DNA from: an uncultured Alphaproteobacteria bacterium
GTDB lineage: Bacteria; Pseudomonadota; Alphaproteobacteria; HIMB59; GCA-002718135
Assembly: GCA_902577945.1 (NCBI GenBank)
Contig: CACHBB010000002.1
Location: 2,043-66,042, forward strand
DNA: 64,000 bases
Reading direction: 5' to 3'
Made by a program: the position numbers and the translations under genes. The notes below the pieces were generated by a model. It saw only the letters and a list, made by a program, of their open reading frames with translations. It did not search any database and was not told where the DNA came from. Below, piece by piece: positions 45,815 through 57,015 of the stretch; position 1 is the stretch's first letter, and every line of letters starts with the position of its first letter.

Positions 45815-46474
45815 ATGAGTGAAACATTTGAAATTGCTAGAAAAAATATGGTCATTAATCAATTGAGACCAAATAAAATAAATGAAGATAACATTCTGCA
45901 GATATTTGAAAATACTCCTAAAGAAAACTACCTAGATGAAAGTTTAAGCAAAAATTGTTATATTGATAAGAATTTAGATATTGTTGATAAAAGAGGGTAT
46001 TTAAAAAATTTACATTTAGCTCAAATTATAAAATATTCTGAAATTTCTAATAATGATAAAGTATTACATTTGGGTGGTTTAACAGGATACTTTTCAACTC
46101 TGCTAAGCTCTCTTTGTAAAGAGCTTTTGGTAGTAGAGGAAAATAAATATTTATTTAACTTGTTAGAACAAAATATAATTAATAGTAATTCTTCTAATAT
46201 TAACTTATTTAACAAAAAGTTGTTAAATGGCTTATCTATAAAATCACCGTATGATTTAATTATTATTGATGGCCCTATGTATCAGATAACAGAAAATATA
46301 AAACAACAGCTTGTAAAGAATGCTGGTAGATTGATATATATAAAAAAAATAGATGATAATTTAGCAAAAGCTTATAAAATCATTAGAAATGAAGATTTAT
46401 ATTCATCTGAGTACTTATTTGATGTAATGACTACTTATCAAATTCAAAACAAAATAGAGGATTTTAATTTTTAA
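45815..46474 (+). CDS. Protein-L-isoaspartate O-methyltransferase-family protein (divergent paralogue)
   Basis: 219 aa. The N-terminus ARKNMVINQLRPN matches the Pcm-like family found next to tolC in Alphaproteobacteria. The SAM motif is degenerate (VLHLGGLTGY). Confidence 0.65.
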   Translation: MSETFEIARKNMVINQLRPNKINEDNILQIFENTPKENYLDESLSKNCYIDKNLDIVDKRGYLKNLHLAQIIKYSEISNNDKVLHLGGLTGYFSTLLSSLCKELLVVEENKYLFNLLEQNIINSNSSNINLFNKKLLNGLSIKSPYDLIIIDGPMYQITENIKQQLVKNAGRLIYIKKIDDNLAKAYKIIRNEDLYSSEYLFDVMTTYQIQNKIEDFNF

Positions 46475-47761
46475 ATGAGAATGATACTTTTTATTTTAAT
46501 ATTTTTTTCATGCCAATCATTGTTTGCATTATCAATTGATGATTCTGTAAAAAGTACAATTGCTAACAATTTAAAGGTTAAGATTGCCTTTGAAAAACTT
46601 AATGAAAGTAAAGAAACAATTGAAGCAGCTATAGGAAAAAAACTTCCAACTGTTACAGGTACAATATCAGGGACATATATTAATAACGATACAACATCTG
46701 CAGCTGGTGTATCAACAACACCAGAAACTTTTACAGATAAGTATAAAATTAGCATTACTCAAAATATATACGATGGTGGTGAAAAAAATTTAGAAATTGA
46801 AAGATCAAAACTTATTTATGAAAATGCAGTAATAAATTTTTATAAAACAGTTCAAGATTTGTCCTTATCAGCGGTAGAAGGTTATTTAACTGTTATAAAT
46901 TATGATAAATCATTAGAGGCATCAAAAAAGAATTTTGATTCAGTTTCTAGATTTTTAGAAGAAGTAAAATTGAAATATGATTTAGGATCCGCAACTATAA
47001 CTGAACTAAAAAATGCTGAGAGTGCTTTTTCAATTGCAAAAACAAATCTGTTTTCAGCACAACAAAACTATAAAGTAAGTTTAAAAACATTTAAATCAAT
47101 TGTTGGAAAGGAAGCTATAAATTTAGAAGATTATATAGATATAGATAATGATTTAAATTTTGAAAATATATTATCTAATGTATATAAAAATAATTTTAAT
47201 ATTTTAATTGCTCAAAATAATGTTAAAATTAAAGAAATTGAACTCTCAAAAGAAAAAAGTTCTAACAAACCTAGTTTAGATATAACAGCATCTTCAGAAT
47301 ATTCTGATGGTTCACGAATAGATGATGGCACCGAAAATGCCAATGCTTCAATAGGATTAACTTTAACAATTCCTATATTTCAACAAAATATAGATAAATC
47401 AGATATAAGGAAAATTAATTCTCAAATTTTACAATCTGAAATTGAAGTTGATGACCTAAAAGAAAGTTTAAATATTGAACTATCTAATTATTTTAAAAAT
47501 TATTTAATTAGTAAGTCAAGCTTAAATACATCTTTACTAACCTTAGAATATGCCAATACACTTCTTCAAAGTACTCAGGAGGAATATAATCTTGGCACAA
47601 AATCTATAACTGATCTAATAGAAGCTGAAACTAACCTATTAAACGTAAATGTTGAGTACTTTAATGCAAATAAAAACTATTTAATCAATTATTTTAATTT
47701 ATTAGCTTTAGATGGATCATTAATCAATTTATTTGAAGAATATCTTCCTAGTTATAATTAG
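46475..47761 (+). CDS. tolC: TolC-family outer membrane efflux protein
   Basis: 428 aa with a signal peptide and two repeated OEP halves rich in coiled-coil segments. The position matches the conserved alphaproteobacterial neighbourhood. Confidence 0.85.
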   Translation: MRMILFILIFFSCQSLFALSIDDSVKSTIANNLKVKIAFEKLNESKETIEAAIGKKLPTVTGTISGTYINNDTTSAAGVSTTPETFTDKYKISITQNIYDGGEKNLEIERSKLIYENAVINFYKTVQDLSLSAVEGYLTVINYDKSLEASKKNFDSVSRFLEEVKLKYDLGSATITELKNAESAFSIAKTNLFSAQQNYKVSLKTFKSIVGKEAINLEDYIDIDNDLNFENILSNVYKNNFNILIAQNNVKIKEIELSKEKSSNKPSLDITASSEYSDGSRIDDGTENANASIGLTLTIPIFQQNIDKSDIRKINSQILQSEIEVDDLKESLNIELSNYFKNYLISKSSLNTSLLTLEYANTLLQSTQEEYNLGTKSITDLIEAETNLLNVNVEYFNANKNYLINYFNLLALDGSLINLFEEYLPSYN

Positions 47762-47798
47762 AGTTTTATTAATTTAATTAAACATTTATAATAGTGAT

Positions 47799-48083
47799 AT
47801 GAACACAAAAAATTCAATCAATGAATCCTTAGAAATTATACGTAGAGCACTTGAAGAAGATAAAAATTCCACAAATAAAGATATATCCTCAAATATTTTA
47901 ATTCTTAACCAAAAAGTTAATAGCGATGGTACAATAAAACTACTTCAAAAAGAAGATGATATTAATAATGAAATTAATGATATTATAGACCAAAAACTTT
48001 CTTATCTTATAGAAAATAAAATTGAAAAAATTCTTGATGAGAAAATTCCAAAATTATTAAAAAATTATTTCGATTCAAAATAG
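47799..48083 (+). CDS. DUF2497 / PopZ-like small protein
   Basis: 94 aa. The N-terminal SLEIIRRALEEDK resembles the PopZ motif MEEILASIRRIISEDD. The C-terminal helical segment is KIEKILDEKIPKLLKNYF. The gene sits between tolC and valS, as popZ does in other Alphaproteobacteria. Confidence 0.6.
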   Translation: MNTKNSINESLEIIRRALEEDKNSTNKDISSNILILNQKVNSDGTIKLLQKEDDINNEINDIIDQKLSYLIENKIEKILDEKIPKLLKNYFDSK

Positions 48084-48088
48084 TAACT

Positions 48089-50716
48089 ATGCAGCTAGAT
48101 AAATTTTTTGATTTTTTAAAAGATGAAAAATATCTATATTCGCAATGGGAGGAATCAAATTGTTTTAAACCAAAAAAAGGGGGTGAGCCTTATTCTATAA
48201 TGATGCCTCCACCTAATGTAACAGGTAGCTTACATATGGGCCATGCTTTAACCTTCACAATTCAAGATATATTAATCAGATACCATAGAATGAAAGGTAT
48301 GGAAGTATTGTGGCAAGCAGGGACAGATCATGCAGGAATTGCTACTCAGATGGTGGTTGAAAGAAAATTAAGTGCATCAAACCTAGATCGACGATCTCTA
48401 GGTAGAGAAAAGTTTATTGAAAAAGTATGGGAATGGAAAAAAGAGTCAGGTGGGCAGATAAGTAATCAATTAAGAAGACTTGGTGCTTCTGCAGATTGGT
48501 CAAGAGAAAGATTTACTATGGATGAAGGTCTTTCAAATGCTGTTAAGAAAGTTTTTGTAAATTTATTTAATGATGGAATTATTTATAAAGATAAGAGATT
48601 GGTTAACTGGGATCCAAAACTTTTAACTGCAATTTCTGATCTAGAAGTAGAACAAAGAGATACTGAAGGAAGTTTATGGCATATCAAATACCCTATAGAT
48701 GAAAATCATCATATAATAGTTGCAACAACTAGACCTGAGACGATGTTGGGAGATACTGCAGTCGCCGTACATCCAGATGATGAAAAATATAAAAATTTAG
48801 TTGGCGAATTTTGTAACTTACCTCTTTCAAATAAAAAAATTCCAATCATTGCTGATGAATATGCAGATCCTGAAAAAGGTTCTGGTGCTGTGAAAATTAC
48901 CCCTGCACATGACTTTAATGATTTTGAAGTAGGAAAAAGACATGATTTAGAATTTATCAATATCTTTGATGAAAATGCTAAACTCAATTCAAATGTGCCT
49001 GAAGAATATCAAAATTTAGATCGATTTGATGCAAGAAAACTAATTTTAAAAAAATTAAATGAAATGAATTTATTAGTTAAGGAAGAAAAACAGCAAATGG
49101 TCATCCCTTATGGCGATAGATCTGGTGTCGTAATAGAGCCATGGCTAACGGATCAATGGTTTTGTGATGCAAAAAAATTATCTGTAGATCCAATATCAGC
49201 TGTTAAAGATAATATTTCTAAATTTATTCCTAAACAATGGGAGAACACTTTTTTCAATTGGATGGAAAACATTCAACCATGGTGTATTTCAAGACAGTTA
49301 TGGTGGGGGCATCAAATTCCTGCATGGTACGGTCCAGATAATAAATATTTTGTTAGCGAAAATTTAGAAGAAGCACAAAATCAAGCAAAAGAATTTTATG
49401 GAAAGAATGTTGAACTTAAACAAGATGAAGACGTTCTAGATACCTGGTTTTCTTCTGCTCTATGGACATTTTCTACTTTAGATTGGCCAAAGAAAACATA
49501 TGAACTAGATAAGTTTTACCCCGGTAATGTCTTGGTTACTGGTTTTGATATCATATTTTTTTGGGTTGCACGCATGATGATGATGGGATCTTATTTTATG
49601 AAGGAAACTCCATTTAAAGATATTTATATTCATCCCTTAATTCGTGATGAAAAAGGACAAAAAATGTCTAAATCAAAAGGGAACATAATTGATCCATTAG
49701 ATCTATTAGATAAATATGGTGCTGATACATTAAGATTTACATTAACAGCACTTTTAAATCCTGGACGAGATGTAAAATTATCTGAAGCTAGAGTTAAAGG
49801 ATATAAATCATTTACAAATAAAATTTGGAATGCAGGAAAATTTTTACAAATGAATAATTCAATTTTTAAAGATGATATTTCAATAGATACAATATTTTTT
49901 GATGCAAACAAATGGATTATAAAAGAATTGAATGATTTGAATTCTCAACTTGATCAATTAACTAAAAAGTATTTGTTTCATGAAATAGCCAATAAGATTT
50001 ATCATTTCGTATGGCACTCTTATTGTGATTGGTACATTGAAATTATTAAACAAAATTTTGATAATGAAAAATTTGCTGATGAAATTAAAAAAGTATCTGG
50101 ATGGACATTTATTCAAGTTTTAAAGATTATACATCCCATTATGCCATTTATTAGTGAAAAATTATGGAGATCTTTAGTTGATAATAAGTCATATTTAATG
50201 AATCAGGTTTATCAAAATTATTCAACAAATAATTCTTTTAATATCTCTAAAAAAAACTTCGAAATATTTATTGAATTTATAACATCTATAAGAAATTTGA
50301 GATCAGAACTAAATATACCCTATAAACAATTAATTAATATTTCAATAGAAGCAAAAAATGAAGAACTTAATAATTTTCTTCTTGTTCACAAAAATGAAAT
50401 AAGTAATTTTTTAAAAACTCAAAATATAAGTTTTGATAAAATTCAACCAAATAAGAATTCAGCTTTAATTGTATTAACATCATTATCGGTTTTGATACCT
50501 CTGGATGGTATTATTGACTCTGAAGTTGAACTAAAAAAATTAAATAAGAAAAAACAAGTTGAGCAAGAAAAATTTAATAAAGTTAATGATAATTTAAATA
50601 ATGATAACTTTATGAATAAAGCATCTGAAGAAATTATTAATAAATTTAAAAATGAAGCAAATATTTATAAATCTTCTATTGAAAAAATTGAACAAATAAT
50701 AAATACTATCAAATAG
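48089..50716 (+). CDS. valS: Valyl-tRNA synthetase
   Basis: 875 aa with class I HIGH ([11 protein letters not shown]) and KMSKS motifs, an editing domain and a C-terminal coiled coil. Confidence 0.95.
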   Translation: MQLDKFFDFLKDEKYLYSQWEESNCFKPKKGGEPYSIMMPPPNVTGSLHMGHALTFTIQDILIRYHRMKGMEVLWQAGTDHAGIATQMVVERKLSASNLDRRSLGREKFIEKVWEWKKESGGQISNQLRRLGASADWSRERFTMDEGLSNAVKKVFVNLFNDGIIYKDKRLVNWDPKLLTAISDLEVEQRDTEGSLWHIKYPIDENHHIIVATTRPETMLGDTAVAVHPDDEKYKNLVGEFCNLPLSNKKIPIIADEYADPEKGSGAVKITPAHDFNDFEVGKRHDLEFINIFDENAKLNSNVPEEYQNLDRFDARKLILKKLNEMNLLVKEEKQQMVIPYGDRSGVVIEPWLTDQWFCDAKKLSVDPISAVKDNISKFIPKQWENTFFNWMENIQPWCISRQLWWGHQIPAWYGPDNKYFVSENLEEAQNQAKEFYGKNVELKQDEDVLDTWFSSALWTFSTLDWPKKTYELDKFYPGNVLVTGFDIIFFWVARMMMMGSYFMKETPFKDIYIHPLIRDEKGQKMSKSKGNIIDPLDLLDKYGADTLRFTLTALLNPGRDVKLSEARVKGYKSFTNKIWNAGKFLQMNNSIFKDDISIDTIFFDANKWIIKELNDLNSQLDQLTKKYLFHEIANKIYHFVWHSYCDWYIEIIKQNFDNEKFADEIKKVSGWTFIQVLKIIHPIMPFISEKLWRSLVDNKSYLMNQVYQNYSTNNSFNISKKNFEIFIEFITSIRNLRSELNIPYKQLINISIEAKNEELNNFLLVHKNEISNFLKTQNISFDKIQPNKNSALIVLTSLSVLIPLDGIIDSEVELKKLNKKKQVEQEKFNKVNDNLNNDNFMNKASEEIINKFKNEANIYKSSIEKIEQIINTIK

Positions 50717-50717
50717 A

Positions 50718-52448
50718 ATGGAAGATAAAGGATCAAATAGAAAATCTAATCTGCCTAGCAGATATGTTAGTGTAGGACCTAAAAGTGCACCTCATAGATC
50801 GTATTATTACGCTATGGGTTTGAAAGAACATGAAATATATCAACCTTTTGTTGGTGTTGTTAGTACTTGGAATGAATCAGCTCCTTGTAATATTACTCTT
50901 CAAGATCAAGCACAACACGTGAAGACAGGCGTTAAAAATGCTGGGGGAACACCAAGAGAATTTACAACTATAACGGTTACAGATGGAATAGCAATGGGCC
51001 ATGAGGCAATGAAATCTTCTCTTATTAGCAGAGAGGTTATTGCAGATTCAATTGAATTATCTGTGAGAGGTCACTGTTATGATGCAATAGTTGGGCTTGC
51101 TGGATGTGATAAATCTTTGCCAGGTTTAATGATGGCTATGGTTAGATTAAATGTACCATCTGTATTCATTTATGGAGGTTCAATCTTGCCAGGAAAATAC
51201 AAAGGTAGAGATGTGACAGTTATAGATGTTTTTGAAGCAGTGGGAAAACATGCTGCTGGAACTATCTCAGATCAAGATTTAAAAGATATTGAACAAGTTG
51301 CCTGTCCATCCGCTGGATCATGTGGTGGGCAATTTACAGCGAATACAATGGCATGTATTTCAGAAGCAGTTGGTTTAGCTCTAACAAATTCAGCAATGCC
51401 ACCAGCAGTTAATACTGAAGAAAGACAAAGTTACGGTGAAAAGAGCGGTAAAGCTATTATGAATTTATTAGAAAAAAATATAAGACCAAGAGATATAGTA
51501 ACTATTGATTCATTAGTTAATGCTGCAAGAGTAGTTGCAGCCACTGGAGGTTCAACAAATGCAGCTCTTCATCTTCCTGCAATCGCCAATGAAGCAGGTT
51601 TAAAATTCACATTAAGAGACGTTGTAGAAATTTATAATTCAACTCCTTATATTGGAGATATGCAACCTGGTGGAAAGTATGTCGCTAAAGATTTATATGA
51701 TGTTGGAGGCGTACCGATTGTAATAAAATCTCTATTAGATGGAGGTTATATTAATGGGGACTGTCTAACCGTTACAGGAAAAACAATAGCTGAAAATCAT
51801 AAAGAAGTAATATTTCCTAGTAATCAAGATGTAGTTTACAAATGTGAAAATCCTATTAGCAAAAATAGCTCAGTTGTTGGATTATGGGGTAATTTAGCTC
51901 CTGATGGATGCATATCAAAAATAGCTGGTTTAAAAAATTTAACCTTTAAAGGAAAAGCTAAGTGTTTTGATTCAGAAGAAGATGCATTAACTGCAGTTTT
52001 AAAAAATGAAATCAAAGCAGGAGATGCAGTAATAATTAGATATGAGGGTCCTAAAGGAGGACCTGGTATGCGTGAAATGCTTTCAACTACTGGTGCAATA
52101 TATGGACAAGGATTAGGTGAAACTGTTGCTTTAATTACGGATGGAAGATTTTCGGGTGGAACCAGAGGTTTTTGTATTGGACATGTAGGTCCAGAAGCAG
52201 CTGTAGGAGGTATGATTGGTTTACTTAAAGATGGAGATGAAATTATAATTGATGCAGTTAAAGGCGAAATTAATGTTACACTTTCAGATGATGAAATAGA
52301 AAAGAGAAAAAAAGATTGGAAGCCAAGAAAAACTAATCATAATTCTGGATCTATATGGAAATATTCACAAACTGTTGGTCCTGCTTACGAAGGTGCTGTT
52401 ACTCAACCAGGAGCAAAAAACGAAACGCATACATACGCTGATATTTAA
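50718..52448 (+). CDS. ilvD: Dihydroxy-acid dehydratase
   Basis: 576 aa with IlvD/Edd motifs ([34 protein letters not shown]). Confidence 0.95.
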   Translation: MEDKGSNRKSNLPSRYVSVGPKSAPHRSYYYAMGLKEHEIYQPFVGVVSTWNESAPCNITLQDQAQHVKTGVKNAGGTPREFTTITVTDGIAMGHEAMKSSLISREVIADSIELSVRGHCYDAIVGLAGCDKSLPGLMMAMVRLNVPSVFIYGGSILPGKYKGRDVTVIDVFEAVGKHAAGTISDQDLKDIEQVACPSAGSCGGQFTANTMACISEAVGLALTNSAMPPAVNTEERQSYGEKSGKAIMNLLEKNIRPRDIVTIDSLVNAARVVAATGGSTNAALHLPAIANEAGLKFTLRDVVEIYNSTPYIGDMQPGGKYVAKDLYDVGGVPIVIKSLLDGGYINGDCLTVTGKTIAENHKEVIFPSNQDVVYKCENPISKNSSVVGLWGNLAPDGCISKIAGLKNLTFKGKAKCFDSEEDALTAVLKNEIKAGDAVIIRYEGPKGGPGMREMLSTTGAIYGQGLGETVALITDGRFSGGTRGFCIGHVGPEAAVGGMIGLLKDGDEIIIDAVKGEINVTLSDDEIEKRKKDWKPRKTNHNSGSIWKYSQTVGPAYEGAVTQPGAKNETHTYADI

Positions 52449-52450
52449 TA

Positions 52451-53236
52451 TTAATTAACTAATTCAATTGTAACTGGTGTGTGATCAGAAGCCTTTTCCC
52501 AGCCTCTTGGTTCACGATTAACATTAACTGATTTGATCAAATCAGTTATTTCAGGTGTAGTAAGAAAATGATCAATTCTAAGACCGTTACCTTTTTGCCA
52601 ATTTCCACCTCTATAACCCCAAAAAGTCCAATTTGTATTTCCATCAACAAAGTATTTAACTGTATCGACAAAACCTAAATTTAAAAGATTTCTAAATTTT
52701 TCTCTTGTCAAGGGGTGAGCACATGCATCATTTTTAAAATTTTCAGGTGAATAAACATCTTCGTCATTCGGAATAACATTAAAGTCACCACCTATTATCA
52801 TTGGCGTTTTTTTATCTATAAGATTTTTAATATATTTATTGAAATGACTCATCCATATTAATTTATAGTCAAATTTATCAGTTTCTATTGGATTTCCATT
52901 AGGTAAATAAATATTAATTAATTTAATTTTATTTTTTATATTGCCTAAGCTTATTTCTGTTTCAATAAATCTTGAGTTCTCATCTTTATAATCTGGTATT
53001 TTAATATTAGATATATTCAAGTTTTTTTTAGAAATTAACGCAACCCCATTCCATGCTTTTTGACCATTTACATAGCTATTATATTTAATATTTTTAATTG
53101 CTTCATGTGGAAAAGAGTCATTAGTGCATTTTAATTCCTGAATTAAATAAATATCTGATTGATCTTCTTTTATAAATTTAATTAGATGGTCTATTCGAGC
53201 ATTTATTGAATTAACATTCCAAGTTGTAATCTTCAT
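52451..53236 (-). CDS. xthA: Exodeoxyribonuclease III
   Basis: 261 aa EEP-family nuclease (MKITTWNVNS, QELK, GDFNV, SDHTPV). Confidence 0.92.
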   Translation of the reverse strand: MKITTWNVNSINARIDHLIKFIKEDQSDIYLIQELKCTNDSFPHEAIKNIKYNSYVNGQKAWNGVALISKKNLNISNIKIPDYKDENSRFIETEISLGNIKNKIKLINIYLPNGNPIETDKFDYKLIWMSHFNKYIKNLIDKKTPMIIGGDFNVIPNDEDVYSPENFKNDACAHPLTREKFRNLLNLGFVDTVKYFVDGNTNWTFWGYRGGNWQKGNGLRIDHFLTTPEITDLIKSVNVNREPRGWEKASDHTPVTIELVN

Positions 53237-53563
53237 TTATATTGAAAATGAAGTACCACATCCACAAGAAGAAGAAGCTTGTGGGTTTGAAATTTTGAAA
53301 GATGAACCAATTAATTCATTTACATAGTCAATTTTAGATCCTTTTATTAAGTCAATAGAGGTTTTATCAATCAAAACCTTTACTTTTTTATATTCAAATA
53401 TCAAATCATCATCATTTACATTTTCTGAAAAATCAAATTTATATTGAAACCCTGCACATCCTCCACCAAGTACTGTTATTCTGAAGTATTGAGAATTTTC
53501 AGAAATTAGGATTTTACCAATATGATTTTGTGCACTTTCTGTAATTTCTATATTATTTTCCAT
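53237..53563 (-). CDS. erpA: Iron-sulfur cluster insertion protein (A-type carrier)
   Basis: 108 aa HesB/IscA family with the C-terminal CGCGTSF motif and an upstream Cys in GGGCAGF. Confidence 0.88.
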   Translation of the reverse strand: MENNIEITESAQNHIGKILISENSQYFRITVLGGGCAGFQYKFDFSENVNDDDLIFEYKKVKVLIDKTSIDLIKGSKIDYVNELIGSSFKISNPQASSSCGCGTSFSI

Positions 53564-53614
53564 ATATTTAAGTATTCTTTATAATTAATAAACAATTATA
53601 ATATATAATTATAC

Positions 53615-54730
53615 ATGTTTAAACATTTAGCTGCAAATCCTGATAATTCAAAAGGTAGATTATATAATGAAAATGATATTGATCTTAGAAATCCTTTTGA
53701 AAGAGACAGAGCAAGAGTAATTCATTCAAATTCATTTAGAAAATTAAAATATAAAACTCAAGTTTTTATAGAAAGTGAAAGTGATTATTTTAGAACCAGA
53801 TTAACTCACTCTTTAGAGGTGGCTCAAATTTCAAGATCTATATGTAGATTATTACATTTAAATGAAGATCTTGGGGAAACTGTTGCATTATCTCATGATT
53901 TAGGGCATCCTCCTTTTGGTCATAGTGGTGAAGACGCATTAAATGAGTTAATGCAAAATTTTGGAGAATTTGATCATAATGATCAAACATTAAGAATTTT
54001 AACATCAGTAGAAAAAAGACATCCTTATTTTGATGGTTTAAATTTAACATGGGAGAGTCTTGAAGGTATTGTAAAACATAATGGCATATTTGAAAAAAAC
54101 TTATCTTATCATTTGAATAATTATAATCAAAAACATGATTTAAAATTAGCTTCTCAACCACTTCTAGAATCTCAAATTGCAAGTATTTCTGATGATATTG
54201 CATACAATAATCATGACATTGAAGATGCTATTAGGGCAAATTTAATTAATTTAGATGAACTTTCAGAGATAATATTTTTTAAAAATATTATATTAGAATT
54301 GCAAGATCAATATAAAAATATCTCTGATAAACAATTGCTCTATCAAGTTTTAAGAAATTCTATGTCAAAAATGATTAATGATATTTTTAATAGTACTACA
54401 ATGAATTTAAATAAAAAAAATATATCAATTAATTATATCCAAAATCATAAAAGTTATCTTGTAACTTATTCAAACGATATGTTAAAAAACTGTAATTCTA
54501 TAAAAGAATTTTTAAATATATATGTCTATAATCATGAAAAACTTTTAGATAAAAAAAATTATTCAAAAAATGTTGTTCAAAAATTGTTTTTATACTTTAA
54601 GAATAATAATGATAAATTACCTAATGATTGGTTGGTTCAAAATATAGAAATAGAAAGACTTATTTGTGATTATATATCCGGTATGACAGATAGATTTGCT
54701 TTGAATTTGTATAAGGACATTTATGAATAA
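53615..54730 (+). CDS. dgt: dGTP triphosphohydrolase-like HD-domain protein
   Basis: 371 aa with RDRARVIHSNSFRKLKYKTQVF and the HD motif THSLEVAQISR...SHDLGHPPFGH. Confidence 0.88.
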   Translation: MFKHLAANPDNSKGRLYNENDIDLRNPFERDRARVIHSNSFRKLKYKTQVFIESESDYFRTRLTHSLEVAQISRSICRLLHLNEDLGETVALSHDLGHPPFGHSGEDALNELMQNFGEFDHNDQTLRILTSVEKRHPYFDGLNLTWESLEGIVKHNGIFEKNLSYHLNNYNQKHDLKLASQPLLESQIASISDDIAYNNHDIEDAIRANLINLDELSEIIFFKNIILELQDQYKNISDKQLLYQVLRNSMSKMINDIFNSTTMNLNKKNISINYIQNHKSYLVTYSNDMLKNCNSIKEFLNIYVYNHEKLLDKKNYSKNVVQKLFLYFKNNNDKLPNDWLVQNIEIERLICDYISGMTDRFALNLYKDIYE

Positions 54731-56456
54731 CTATATTCAAGAGTTACTCAGTTTTTTTTATAATTTTTCTGATGAACTTAGTTCAAATAATATAATTTCT
54801 AAAATTAATAAAAATCAAATAAGTATCGATTATCTATCAGACAATAAAAAGGGAGATGTAGCTTCAAATTTTTACTTAATAATAAAAAGGAAAATAATTG
54901 ATAAAAATTATGATTTTATTTCCCATTTAAATGAAAAAATTATTAAGATTGATTTTATTAAAAATTTTGAACTATCTAAAAATGGTTTTATAAATATTAA
55001 TCTTAGTGAAAATTTTATTTCAAGATCATTAATTAATATTTATAAAAAAAATTTTCTTAATGATATCAATTTTGGAAATAATAAAAAAATTAATATAGAA
55101 TTTGTATCTGCTAATCCGACGGGGCCTATTCATGTTGCTCATTTAAGAGGTGCAATTTTTGGTGATGTTTTAAGCTCTCTATATCAAAAAACTGGTCATG
55201 AAGTAGTAAGAGAATATTATGTAAATGATGCTGGTTCTCAAATAACTAAATTATCTAATTCTCTTTACAAAAGATATCTGGAATTTTTAAATAAAAAAAT
55301 TGAAATTTTAGATGATGAATATCCTGGAGAATATTTAATTGATATTGCTAGAAATATTTACAAAAGTGATAAGGATTTATGGCTACACAAAGATAAAAAA
55401 GAAAGAGAAAATTATTTTAAAAAATTTGCAGTAGATCATTTATTAGATAAAATTAAATCAGATCTAAAGCTAATTAATGTTAATTTTGATATATTTACTC
55501 GTGAAACTGAGATTGAAAATAGTAATGTTATAAAAAAATTATTTGCAATATTAGAAAATAAAGATTTAATTTATCAGGGTGTACTTCCAAAGCCTAAAAC
55601 TGATGATTTAGAATGGGAGCCTAGAAATCAACTTTTATTTCGTTCTTCTAGATTGATTGATGATCAAGATAGAGCCTTTAAAAAATCTAATGGTGAATGG
55701 ACATATTTTGCAAATGATGCTGCTTATCATTTTAATAAGTATCAAAGAAAATTTGATAAACTTATCAATATATGGGGATCAGATCACATAGGTTACATTG
55801 CTAGAATGAAGTCAATATTAAAAGCAATTCAGGATAAAGATAATTTTTTTGAAGTTCTTACATGTCAAATAGTTAGTTTAATCCAAGATAAAAAGAAGAT
55901 TAAAATGTCTAAAAGAGAGGGAAAGTTCATTACCTTAACAGATGTATTTAATAAAGTTGGTAAAGATCCAATTAGATACTATATGATTTCTAAAAAAAAT
56001 GAAACTGCAATAGATTTTGATTTAGATGAAGTTGTAAAAAAAAATAAAGATAATAAAGTTTTTTATTGTCAATATGCTTATGCAAGGGCTTCTTCAGTTA
56101 TAAGCAAGGCAAAAAATTTAAAATTGTTTGATGAAAAATCTTTTGATATTAAAGATTTTAATAAAAATTTAACTAAAGAAGAACTTGATATCATAAAATT
56201 AATGATTTCATATCCTTATTTGATTTATCAGTCATCATTTAATAATGAGCCACATAGACTAATAAATTATTTAGAATTGTTATGTTCCTCTTTTCACTCA
56301 GTATGGAATAAAGGTAAAGATAATGAATCATTAAGATTTATAGATGAAAATAATATTAATCACACAAAATATAAACTATTCTGGATAGAATGTTTTAGAA
56401 TCATATTAAAAGATATTTTTTCAATAATTGATATTAATACACCAGAATCTATGTAA
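54723..56456 (+). CDS. argS: Arginyl-tRNA synthetase
   Basis: 577 aa with HIGH-like SANPTGPIHVAH and the MSKREGK variant of KMSKS. It overlaps dgt by 8 nt. Confidence 0.93.
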   Translation: MNNYIQELLSFFYNFSDELSSNNIISKINKNQISIDYLSDNKKGDVASNFYLIIKRKIIDKNYDFISHLNEKIIKIDFIKNFELSKNGFININLSENFISRSLINIYKKNFLNDINFGNNKKINIEFVSANPTGPIHVAHLRGAIFGDVLSSLYQKTGHEVVREYYVNDAGSQITKLSNSLYKRYLEFLNKKIEILDDEYPGEYLIDIARNIYKSDKDLWLHKDKKERENYFKKFAVDHLLDKIKSDLKLINVNFDIFTRETEIENSNVIKKLFAILENKDLIYQGVLPKPKTDDLEWEPRNQLLFRSSRLIDDQDRAFKKSNGEWTYFANDAAYHFNKYQRKFDKLINIWGSDHIGYIARMKSILKAIQDKDNFFEVLTCQIVSLIQDKKKIKMSKREGKFITLTDVFNKVGKDPIRYYMISKKNETAIDFDLDEVVKKNKDNKVFYCQYAYARASSVISKAKNLKLFDEKSFDIKDFNKNLTKEELDIIKLMISYPYLIYQSSFNNEPHRLINYLELLCSSFHSVWNKGKDNESLRFIDENNINHTKYKLFWIECFRIILKDIFSIIDINTPESM

Positions 56457-56974
56457 TGAAAAAAAATCTTTTTTTATCAAAAAATACAAATAAAATTTAT
56501 TTAATCACTATATATATATTAATACTAATTATATTGATATATTTTATTTCTTTTTATATTTATAGTAACAAAAAATATTTTATTATTAAAAATAGTTCAA
56601 TTAATAATTTTTATATAATTCCTGAAGATAAAGAAGGGGAGAAAGTTAAATTTGTTAATAAAAAAAGTATTAATAATTTAATAATTGATAACCAAAAAAA
56701 AAATAATTTTCAAAATTTTAATTCCTCAGGCTATACTATCCAAATTTATAGTGACATTAATTATGAAAATGTTGAAATATTTGCCAATAATTTAATTAAT
56801 CGTAAATCTGAAATAATAAATAATGATCAATTATTTTTAATCTCGTTATATTCTGACATTGGTATTGATTATTTCTTAACATATAAAAATTTTGACTCAA
56901 AAATTGACGCGATGTCATATTGTCAAAATTTAAGTTTTATAGATGAATGTCTTATTCTAAATATTCAGAATTAA
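56456..56974 (+). CDS. Membrane-anchored SPOR-like domain protein
   Basis: 172 aa with an N-terminal TM helix and a C-terminal ~75 aa stretch (GYTIQIYSDINYENVEIFANNL...) showing a SPOR-like alternating pattern. A SPOR protein sits after argS in many Alphaproteobacteria. Confidence 0.55.
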   Translation: MKKNLFLSKNTNKIYLITIYILILIILIYFISFYIYSNKKYFIIKNSSINNFYIIPEDKEGEKVKFVNKKSINNLIIDNQKKNNFQNFNSSGYTIQIYSDINYENVEIFANNLINRKSEIINNDQLFLISLYSDIGIDYFLTYKNFDSKIDAMSYCQNLSFIDECLILNIQN

Positions 56975-57015
56975 TAATTTTTTGAGAATCTCAACTTGAT
57001 TGATATAGTAATAAA

